Assembly (NCBI GenBank): GCA_016213825.1
Contig: JACQZP010000021.1
Span: 245,109 to 269,108 of the forward strand
From: Acetobacterium woodii
GTDB lineage: Bacteria > Bacillota > Clostridia > Eubacteriales > Eubacteriaceae
Length of the DNA: 24,000 nucleotides
Direction of reading: 5' to 3'
Shown here: positions 15,401 to 22,401 of the stretch, one piece after another
How positions within the stretch are numbered: position 1 is the first letter of the stretch
Layout of the letters: each line of letters opens with the position of its first letter
Program-made: the position numbers and the translations under genes
The notes under the pieces: model-generated
Database searches by the model: none
The model's input: only the letters and a program-made list of their open reading frames with translations
Told to the model about the DNA's origin: nothing

Positions 15401-15563
15401 TGTTGTCATCAAGTAACTGTCGGATGGTTTCAGACAAGGCTGCTTCAATTCGTGTTGCCCGGACTTCAGTACAGCCCAATTTGAGCGCAATCTGGCGGGC
15501 TTTTTTGCGTGCCTCGATTAATGAACTATTGCCATCAACTTTAATATGACCCAATTCGATCAT
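12480..15563 (-). CDS. Hybrid sensor histidine kinase: N-terminal RsbT/RsbW-like degenerate domain, PAS, HisKA, HATPase, REC, REC, HPt
   Basis: 1027-aa ORF. H-box MSHEIRTPMNAILG. N/G boxes NNAIKFT, DTGIGL, GGTGLGLAIS. Two receivers (VLVVDDN...FIDMQMPDLNG...VKPV and ILLVEDN...LMDMQMPVLDG...PKPI). C-terminal HPt HTLKGVSGNIGA. No predicted TM helix, so it is probably cytoplasmic. Confidence 0.9.
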   Translation of the reverse strand: MIELGHIKVDGNSSLIEARKKARQIALKLGCTEVRATRIEAALSETIRQLLDDNNQVNIIIAVTEIHDKKCLSIAFDNLDAPVKMEFAERYFNDVTILKKSDGKFVANVFLPFMSVDPEFCDALINELRAEIESPSKEELMQEIEQKNRELINSREFMESVLENLQAAVYVKDLKGRYTYINKQWEDVTGFKREACIGKTARTVFNSSQGEAYDQNDLNVIRQKEIQITEEHSIKSKIDKTYLSTKVPMKQNGEIIGLCSISTDITQRKHMEEELFEAKKVAEVAAKSKSDFLANMSHEIRTPMNAILGMSYLIQKTDLSEKQKDYVDKIQQSGQHLLGVINDILDFSKIEAGKLDIECIDFKLYEVLDNLSNCISEKCLSKGLELVFDIHPDVPNELCGDPLRIGQILINYVNNAIKFTEKGEIIVRIRKEKESTTGFALRFEVQDTGIGLTADQKSKLFQSFQQADTSTTRKYGGTGLGLAISKDLASLMGGEVGVVSEYGKGSIFWFTTHFRISPKTAKSVISHELLKGVHVLVVDDNIQARLILSAMLKSMAVRVDEAGSGASAIEMIQTADQRNEPYEIAFIDMQMPDLNGIQTVARLNQSELKHPPKYVMVTGFGREEVFFEAKRVGFELVMVKPVNLWVLYETTQRIVGKNAINESEESEQRLVSIQRKNLQAIAGAKILLVEDNELNQIVVIELLKEGGFMIDVANNGQLAVEMVNQNAYDLVLMDMQMPVLDGLEATKQIRSDRRFTELRIVAMTANAMAGDRDRCIAAGMNDHLPKPIEPSDLFEMLTRWIPPLNNVADSVDRSEMNCELFPDDYLDIRISGLDVELGLKRVLGKKKSYLNLLRKFVSGQKNTVADLNQAINNDDYNGAERLVHTLKGVSGNIGAMDIKHAATILETAIHEQPSRDSLKPLVINLSILLKSMIKSLEAYLPEENNSVELNNSIAPKDELVHFLEELLPGIQTRKPKKCTAVLELYHQLLWPNEIKAEATELMRLVSKYKFKEAEEQADSLLIKLSEV

Positions 15564-15584
15564 TACTTTACCTCGATTCCGACT

Positions 15585-16172
15585 TTATTTTAGATACTTC
15601 AATGCGATACAGGACGCATCATCGGTTTTTTTTCCTAATTCATAAAGAACCCCTTTGGCAATTGATTCAGCATCTCCAGCAAATAACTGCAAATAGTCAA
15701 AGGTATTAAAATGCTCAGTAATTCCATCAGAATGAAGCAGCAGCAAATCACGCTGTGTTAACTGACATTCACTAATCACTGGATTGATGTTTCCAAATCC
15801 CAGGATACCATCCTTTGAGATCATTCTGTTTTGATTGATGCCAATAATTCTGCCCGTGATATTTCCAATGCCAGTATACAGCAGTTTTCCAGATGGGATA
15901 TCCAGACGGCACATCAGGACAACGCCACCTCTGCTGCCACGCAGGTGTTGATGAAGACCTTTGATTACATCGACCAGATGGTTTTGATAATGCGCTGCGA
16001 GATATTCTTCAGCTTTAATCGCCAGGCTTCTTGCTTTCCGGCCATGCCCGAGGATATCGATCAGACAGATAAAACAATTTTGATCATATTCTTTAACATA
16101 ACCCAGATCGCCACATTCTGATAAATCGCCCAACAAAGCACTCATTTTAATGGCATAGTCAATGTTCTTCAT
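15585..16172 (-). CDS. PP2C/SpoIIE-type serine phosphatase, RsbX-like
   Basis: 195 aa, phosphatase domain only. Motifs CLIDILGHG, LHSDGITE and DDASCIAL. It overlaps the upstream kinase gene by 14 nt and holds the position of rsbX in RsbR-S-T-X modules. Confidence 0.8.
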   Translation of the reverse strand: MKNIDYAIKMSALLGDLSECGDLGYVKEYDQNCFICLIDILGHGRKARSLAIKAEEYLAAHYQNHLVDVIKGLHQHLRGSRGGVVLMCRLDIPSGKLLYTGIGNITGRIIGINQNRMISKDGILGFGNINPVISECQLTQRDLLLLHSDGITEHFNTFDYLQLFAGDAESIAKGVLYELGKKTDDASCIALKYLK

Positions 16173-16632
16173 TGTCCACCCATTTGCGTGTCAAAACACG
16201 GGTACCTTTTTCACAAACGGATTCGATATAAAACTCATCCATAATCCGCTGGACACTGGGTAGACCCTGACCTAGACTATTCAACTGAGAACTATAATTT
16301 TCCTTAAGTGCCTGTTCAACGTCATTAATCCCCGGTCCATGATCAATTGCGAGCAACTCAATGCCACAAGACGGATGCACTTCATCCATAATAATGCTTA
16401 TTTCGATCTGACCTTCACCCGCGTACCGCAGAATGTTTGTTGATAGTTCTGACGCTGCCACGGCTATTAACACCTCATCGGTTAAATTGAATCCCGCTTT
16501 TTTAGCGATACTCCGAACCGAATAGACAACATTTTCATTGTCATGACTCAAAACGAGGTCTATTTTTTTTGATTCCAGAATCTTATTATTTTTATTGATT
16601 TCAAAGCTCAATTGATTGCGACAAATTTTCAT
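16159..16632 (-). CDS. Anti-sigma-factor-type serine kinase (GHKL), RsbT-like
   Basis: 157 aa with N-box SELSTNILRYA, G1 DHGPGI and G2 LGQGLPSV. It directly follows two STAS genes. Confidence 0.85.
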   Translation of the reverse strand: MKICRNQLSFEINKNNKILESKKIDLVLSHDNENVVYSVRSIAKKAGFNLTDEVLIAVAASELSTNILRYAGEGQIEISIIMDEVHPSCGIELLAIDHGPGINDVEQALKENYSSQLNSLGQGLPSVQRIMDEFYIESVCEKGTRVLTRKWVDNEEH

Positions 16633-16648
16633 TGTTCCTTACCAGCGT

Positions 16649-17017
16649 TTACCGTTTGCTTTTGTGGAGCAAGGCCAAACCATTCTCTAAATTTATTGCT
16701 ATTTTTATTTTGGGATTAATGACAACATCTAAATCAATGAGTCCAAACACGACGCCCGGCCGTAATCCGACCCAAATTGTCTGAATTCCCATCAGTGCAA
16801 AAACATTTGTGATCCGTTCAAAAGCCTGATAGGTATAGGTATCGATCACAGTAACCATGGAAAAATTGAGGATTATGCCGTTGATGTTGGTCTGATAGGC
16901 TTTCTCAGTAATCATTTTTTCGATATTCACAATACTTTCATTGGTCATTTCAGCCGGAAGTGCCACGATAAAGCTGTTCTCGATAACGGTTATGGCAGTA
17001 CGATAATCTGCTTCCAT
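16649..17017 (-). CDS. STAS-domain protein, RsbS-like
   Basis: 122 aa, a single STAS domain. The conserved D-[ST] phospho-acceptor position reads VIDT. The size and position match RsbS. Confidence 0.85.
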   Translation of the reverse strand: MEADYRTAITVIENSFIVALPAEMTNESIVNIEKMITEKAYQTNINGIILNFSMVTVIDTYTYQAFERITNVFALMGIQTIWVGLRPGVVFGLIDLDVVINPKIKIAINLENGLALLHKSKR

Positions 17018-17051
17018 ATTTAAACCTATTCCTATCTTACGAATGATAACT

Positions 17052-17852
17052 TCACGATTTTTTCACCTTTACTTCCAGATTTAACATTTGAAACGCTTCA
17101 GTTAATGCGTCGCTGAGTGTCGCCCGAGTATTGATTGCTTCCATATCGATGCCTAACTGGATGATCGTTTGCGCCACCGCTGGCGAAATTCCTGAAAGGA
17201 TGCAATCACAACCCATCAATTTAGTCGCTTTTGTTATTTTAATCAAGTGGTTGGCAACCGCCGTATCCACGGCCGCTACACCATGTATATCCAGAATGAT
17301 AACTTTCGCATAGGTTTCGGCAATTTTGGTCAGCATGCTTTCCATCATGTGTTGCGCTCTCATTGAATCAACCACCCCTACAATTGGCAAAACCATGACC
17401 CCTTCCCACAGTTTAATCGTTGGCGTTGACATTTCTCTGATTGTATGACTTTGTTCTTTTAACCGGTTTTCATATAAAACACGTTCGGTAATGTCCAGAA
17501 CAAATTCAAGACCTCCGATTATTTCTCCGGCTTCATCAAGCAGAGGAACCGCAGAAAATTCCAAGGGCAGTGTTTGTTCACCGATACTTGCCACAGTTCG
17601 GGATGAATGGGTTTTTCCGGCTCTCATCGCTTTTAACATGGCGCAATCATCGGTTCCGCACTGATCAGTACAGATTAAATCTTTACAGGGGATGCCAAGA
17701 ATCTCATCTCCTGATTTTCTAAGCATCTTTTTCCCGGCCTCATTGATATAGGTCACGATCAAATCTTTATTGACGGCCATCACGGGTGCTGGAATTTGGT
17801 CAAGAATCTGAGCTTTTAATTTGTCATCTGCTTCCTGGAAATTTTTGTTCAT
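17052..17852 (-). CDS. RsbR-like stressosome sensor: N-terminal PAS (four Cys) + C-terminal STAS
   Basis: 266 aa. The PAS-like N-domain runs from QILDQIPAPVMAV to VLDITER. The C-terminal STAS domain has AVDT at the phospho-acceptor position and the GISPAVAQT motif typical of RsbR/RsbS. Strong AGGAGG RBS. Confidence 0.85.
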   Translation of the reverse strand: MNKNFQEADDKLKAQILDQIPAPVMAVNKDLIVTYINEAGKKMLRKSGDEILGIPCKDLICTDQCGTDDCAMLKAMRAGKTHSSRTVASIGEQTLPLEFSAVPLLDEAGEIIGGLEFVLDITERVLYENRLKEQSHTIREMSTPTIKLWEGVMVLPIVGVVDSMRAQHMMESMLTKIAETYAKVIILDIHGVAAVDTAVANHLIKITKATKLMGCDCILSGISPAVAQTIIQLGIDMEAINTRATLSDALTEAFQMLNLEVKVKKS

Positions 17853-17901
17853 TATGTCCTCCTAAAATTTTTAAGTTTGATCCGAATCATTAAGGGCTGG
17901 T

Positions 17902-19557
17902 TTATTGCTGTTGATCTTTTTCATTGATGATTGCTTTGATTTTTATGTAAGCTTTTTCAAGATCCCTGGTAAGGCTCGAAATTTCTTCGACCCTTTCCTG
18001 CGGAAATATTTCTTTGATTGTCCGACCTGGCTGAGTTAAAAGGATGTCCAATTCATCATGCATATCTTCCAAATTATCTTTAATTTCAAGCAACTGCTTT
18101 TTGACTTCTACTTGACTTTTTAGATCATCCAAAATAATTTGTTCTTCATCATCCAGATTGTATTCGGATACGTCTTCCACCACAATACAATCATAACCTA
18201 AAATATTTTTGACGGTATTAGCGAATGCCTTTTTGGGTTCATCTTCACCATGAACAAGGAAGATTTTTTTTGGCTGCTCTTTAAACCCAGAAAGCCATTC
18301 TAACAAGTAGTTCCGATCGGCATGGGCGGAAAAACCTTCTAAAAAATAGATTTCGGCATTGACAGCAATTCGCTCCCTCAAGATCCGCACATATTTTTCA
18401 CCACTAATGATTGCCCGTCCTGTGGTTCCTTCTGCCTGATAGCCCACAAACACGATACTGGATTTCGATTTCCATAAGTAGTGCTTGAGATGATGCTGTA
18501 CTCGACCGGCATCTGCCATCCCACTTGAAGCGATAATGACTTTCGGAGCAGTATTTTCGTTAAGCGCCTTGGATTGGTCAATACTCTTGGTAAAATTTAA
18601 ATTTCTGAAATAGAACAACTCATCGCCTCGTTTGATTCGTTCCTTGACCTTGTCATTGAAATAGTGGGCATTTCTCCTGAAAATTTCGGTAGCGTCGGTA
18701 GCCAGTGGGCTATCAATATAAACCTTAACCTTATCCAGTTGATTCTGGAAGTTTTCATGTTTTTCATAAAATAGTTCCAGCTCATGAATCAAATCCTGGG
18801 TTCGCCCCAATGCAAAGGATGGTACCACGACTGTTCCCCCGCGACTAATCGTTTTCAATACGATGTCAATAAAGTGTTTTCCGCTTTCCAAATGCGTTTC
18901 ATGGATACGATCACCATAGGTGGTTTCCATAATCAGATAATCTGCTTCGGATATGATCGTCGGATCATTGAGCATCCGTTGATTGGCCATTCCTATGTCA
19001 CCTGAGTAAACAAGTTTTGACTGCTTGTCGTCTTCTTTAATCCAAAGTTCAATAATCGCTGCTCCCAATATATGCCCGGCTTCATTCAGTCTTAAGGTTA
19101 TATCCGGGTTGATCTCAAATAAATTTCCATAAGCCACTGGAAAAAAGTATTTTAAGCAAGCGGCAGCATCTGCCTGGGTATAAAGGGGCTGAGCTTGAGG
19201 TTGTCCGGACCTTTTAGTACGCTTGTTTTTCCAGGAGACATCCATTTCATGAATATTACCGCTGTCCTGAAGCATGATATCGGATATTTCGGCAGTTGCC
19301 CCGGTGCAATAAATTTGTCCCTTAAACCCATGTTTTACCAGCAGGGGAATCCGACCGCAATGATCGATATGGGCATGACTGAGGATCATAAAGTCAATTT
19401 CCGCCGGGTCGAAATCAAATTCCTGATAGTTTAACTCTTCTAAAGCTTCACTGCCCTGAAACAAACCGCAATCAAGGAGGAACTTGTATCGGTCAGTGGT
19501 AATCAGATGACAAGATCCGGTAACGGACATCGCAGCTCCTAAAAATTTGATTTTCAT
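17902..19557 (-). CDS. Metallo-beta-lactamase fold, beta-CASP family nuclease (RNase J/CPSF-like)
   Basis: 551 aa with HAHIDHCG (HxHxDH), EAGHILGAA, YSGDIG, ETTYG, GFSAHAD and FLVHGE motifs in the canonical order. A further roughly 90 aa form an acidic, coiled-coil-like C-terminal tail. Confidence 0.85.
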   Translation of the reverse strand: MKIKFLGAAMSVTGSCHLITTDRYKFLLDCGLFQGSEALEELNYQEFDFDPAEIDFMILSHAHIDHCGRIPLLVKHGFKGQIYCTGATAEISDIMLQDSGNIHEMDVSWKNKRTKRSGQPQAQPLYTQADAAACLKYFFPVAYGNLFEINPDITLRLNEAGHILGAAIIELWIKEDDKQSKLVYSGDIGMANQRMLNDPTIISEADYLIMETTYGDRIHETHLESGKHFIDIVLKTISRGGTVVVPSFALGRTQDLIHELELFYEKHENFQNQLDKVKVYIDSPLATDATEIFRRNAHYFNDKVKERIKRGDELFYFRNLNFTKSIDQSKALNENTAPKVIIASSGMADAGRVQHHLKHYLWKSKSSIVFVGYQAEGTTGRAIISGEKYVRILRERIAVNAEIYFLEGFSAHADRNYLLEWLSGFKEQPKKIFLVHGEDEPKKAFANTVKNILGYDCIVVEDVSEYNLDDEEQIILDDLKSQVEVKKQLLEIKDNLEDMHDELDILLTQPGRTIKEIFPQERVEEISSLTRDLEKAYIKIKAIINEKDQQQ

Positions 19558-19655
19558 ATTCTTTCTCCCATTCTTAATATTTTTGTGTTTTATTTCAAAC
19601 TTTTATCAAGTAACTATTTTGCAGCTTAAATATCCGCAGTACTCTTATTAAAAGA

Positions 19656-22130
19656 TCATTTTATATTTGGCGGCTCCTTTTCAAGTGCTTTGCGATAATC
19701 ATTGAGTTTTTGCTCAACACGATAAAACACGCTATTTTTCTCATAGCTGCCCTGTTTGTTTATTTTACCCGCAGGTAAACCAGTTAAAATCTCCAGACCT
19801 TCTTCAATATGACTGATTGCATAAATATGAAAACGGCCATTTTTGACTGCATCCAGAACTTCATCTTTTAACATCAGATTGTCGATATTGCTTGCTGGTA
19901 TCATAACACCTTGTTCGCCGGTTAATCCCTTAGCCCGACAGATGTCAAAAAATCCTTCAATTTTTTCATTAACGCCGCCGATCGGCTGAATTTCGCCGCG
20001 TTGATCCACGGACCCGGTTACTGCAATGCTTTGCTTTATACCAGTTCCTGCCAGACTTGAGATGATCGCATAAAGTTCGGCACTGGAAGCACTGTCCCCC
20101 TCCACGCCATCATAAAGCTGTTCGAAAGTAACCTGGGCTGTAAAGCCCAATGGCTTTTCTTGAGCAAATTTTCCACCAAGATATCCGGCCAGTGTCAGCA
20201 CGCCCTTCGAGTGGATATTGCCACTCATTTCCGTTTCTCGTTCAATATTTATGACGCCGCCATGGCCCACATGCGTAACCGCCGTTATGCGAGCGGGCAA
20301 CCCAAACGAATAACCACCTGTTTGCATAATGAAAAGACCATTTATTTGCCCGACAGCAGTCCCTTCGGTGTCAATAATTATTTTTTTCTCAAAGATTCCC
20401 TCCTGGATCTTTTCTTCCAATTTATTAAACCGATATTTGCGCTCACTAATCGCTTTTTTGACGTGCGTCAATTCGACATATTTTAAGCCTTCAGCTTTTG
20501 CCCAGGTGATTGCCTCAAAAACAACTTCTTTCACATCACCAAAACGGGTCGACAACTTATGTTGATTTTCTGCCAGTCGTGAGCCATATTCAATAATACC
20601 GGCTAATCCGGTTTTGCTGAATGATATGGCACCTTTTTCGTTACAGATTGAGTTCACAAACGATGCATATTTATGAATATTTTCCGGGGTTCTTGGCATT
20701 TCATAGTCAAAATCCACCTTCACTTTAAAGAGCTCCCGAAAATCTTCGTCACTTGAAAGGATCATATAATAAAGCGGACTGCCGATGAGAATAACTTTTA
20801 CATTCAGTGGAATGTATTCTGGTTTTAACGTAACTGTTGGTACTGTCCGATATTGCTCGCCTATATTTTCCACAATTGCCTGCCTGTTTTTGAGCATTTT
20901 CTTTAATGTGTTCCAGACAAAAGGATCAGACAGAAGGTCTTTTGCTTGAAGAATCAGGTAACCGCCATTAGCCAGATGCAAAGATCCTGGCTTGACCATG
21001 GTAAAATCAGTATTCATTACCAGAATTTGACTTTTGTATTCAACCTTACCAAAAACATTATAATAGTACGGATTTGACTCAATTATTACTGGTGCACCCA
21101 GCTGTTTTTCATTATTAATAAACAAATTGACGCGATACTGGATAAATAGATTATTTTCTTCTGGTTCGCTAAAATATTTCATACTTGTTCCAGCCGTAAC
21201 ATCTTTATTGCCGCTATTATTTTCATTTTCCTTCTGGAAAGATGGCTGCGACTCCGAAAAAGCTTCTGCCTGAATAAAAAGCCCATTTTTTTCCGCGACA
21301 TCGTCTAAAACATATCCCAGATATTCGATAATCTTGGGAATTTCCGCATATTTTGCTTTTAAGCCATCAATTAACGGTACCGCAATCGCATAGGTAGTTT
21401 CTCTGGCCAATTCTAAAATCTGAGCAGTCATCTTTCTTTCGGCAAATTGTCCGTCAGTCAGGATATGATCTATTTTTTTGATTAGTCCCGATCGCTTTTC
21501 GTTGATGTGATTGCGCTGATCATCTGTAAGGTTACTAAATTCTTCGGGCTGATAGGGTTTACCATCTTTAAGCGGAATGAAGACAAATTTAATGCCCACA
21601 GGTTTTACCCCAAATCCGTCTTCAAAAGCTTTTTGCCTGATAATCTGGACTAGCTCTTCCATTTTTAATTGATAGGTGTTGAAAATTTGATCTCTTTTCA
21701 ATTCATAGTCCGTACTTTCAAAGGCGTTTCGAATGATATTTTTGAGTTCATCGACCAGTTTTTCCATATCCTTTTGAAATTCCCGGCCCTGACCTGCTCG
21801 AAATGCGACTGCTATTGGTTGATCTTTATTGCTAAAGTTATAAAGATAACACCAGTCACAAGGCACCTGTCTGTTAGCGGCTGCCTGGGTAACTACTTCT
21901 TTAGTATAATCATATTTGCCAGTTCCCGACGGTCCTACGACAAAAATATGATAGCCATCTTCGTCCATGGCAAGTCCAAACTCCATGGATTTAACTGCCC
22001 GCTCCTGACCTGCGATGGAGCTTAGCGGGATGATATTCTGAGATGTCATCGAGAAATTTAATTCATCTTCATCGTCACATACTTTTTTTAATTTTTCCAA
22101 TGGTATCTGATAATAATCATCTGGCATCAT
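19656..22130 (-). CDS. LonC-like protease (AAA-like domain + Lon S16 protease domain)
   Basis: 824 aa. N-terminal GQERAVKSMEFGL...FVVGPSGTGKY. The C-terminal Lon protease domain carries the Ser-Lys dyad context GDSASSA and IGGVNEKIEGF. AGGAGG RBS. Confidence 0.85.
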   Translation of the reverse strand: MMPDDYYQIPLEKLKKVCDDEDELNFSMTSQNIIPLSSIAGQERAVKSMEFGLAMDEDGYHIFVVGPSGTGKYDYTKEVVTQAAANRQVPCDWCYLYNFSNKDQPIAVAFRAGQGREFQKDMEKLVDELKNIIRNAFESTDYELKRDQIFNTYQLKMEELVQIIRQKAFEDGFGVKPVGIKFVFIPLKDGKPYQPEEFSNLTDDQRNHINEKRSGLIKKIDHILTDGQFAERKMTAQILELARETTYAIAVPLIDGLKAKYAEIPKIIEYLGYVLDDVAEKNGLFIQAEAFSESQPSFQKENENNSGNKDVTAGTSMKYFSEPEENNLFIQYRVNLFINNEKQLGAPVIIESNPYYYNVFGKVEYKSQILVMNTDFTMVKPGSLHLANGGYLILQAKDLLSDPFVWNTLKKMLKNRQAIVENIGEQYRTVPTVTLKPEYIPLNVKVILIGSPLYYMILSSDEDFRELFKVKVDFDYEMPRTPENIHKYASFVNSICNEKGAISFSKTGLAGIIEYGSRLAENQHKLSTRFGDVKEVVFEAITWAKAEGLKYVELTHVKKAISERKYRFNKLEEKIQEGIFEKKIIIDTEGTAVGQINGLFIMQTGGYSFGLPARITAVTHVGHGGVINIERETEMSGNIHSKGVLTLAGYLGGKFAQEKPLGFTAQVTFEQLYDGVEGDSASSAELYAIISSLAGTGIKQSIAVTGSVDQRGEIQPIGGVNEKIEGFFDICRAKGLTGEQGVMIPASNIDNLMLKDEVLDAVKNGRFHIYAISHIEEGLEILTGLPAGKINKQGSYEKNSVFYRVEQKLNDYRKALEKEPPNIK

Positions 22131-22248
22131 ATCATAGCCTCCTATTTTGTTTTAACTTTGTTTTTTTAATCATTCTGGTTGTTCTAACATTTAAATTTAA
22201 TTTCTTTACTTTATTAATATCCAACTTTATGAATTTTACGCAGATCTG

Positions 22249-22300
22249 CAAATAAAAATACACCAGAAGCTAAACATATCATTCAGCTATCTGGTGTATT
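22249..22300 (-). terminator. Intrinsic terminator (bidirectional) downstream of the DUF815 gene
   Basis: AATACACCAGAAGCT (22257-22271) pairs with AGCTATCTGGTGTATT (22285-22300), about 15 bp with one bulge. The minus strand is followed by TTTTATTT and the plus strand by CTTATTTTTATT. Confidence 0.6.
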
Positions 22301-22334
22301 CTTATTTTTATTGTTCAAGTTTTTTTAAATCAAG

Positions 22335-22385
22335 CGCTGTTACAATGCGATTTACGGTCCTCATCGATTTAACAGCGTTTTTTTT
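22335..22385 (+). terminator. Plus-strand-oriented terminator-like hairpin with no obvious plus-strand gene
   Basis: CGCTGTTA (22335-22342) pairs with TAACAGCG (22370-22377), with an inner AATGCGAT/ATCGATT pairing. Eight T residues follow (22378-22385). On the minus strand the hairpin is followed by A-rich sequence. Confidence 0.4.
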
Positions 22386-22401
22386 CATTTGATTTTTTAA
22401 T

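Noticed and set aside
22043-22255. A 70-aa very hydrophobic plus-strand ORF ends 1 nt before the terminator hairpin. I considered it as a type I toxin-like peptide.
   Set aside because: It starts 88 nt inside the Lon-like gene in antisense. Neither of its two in-frame ATG codons (22043, 22100) has an RBS. The Phe/Leu richness is what a T-rich promoter region gives by chance.
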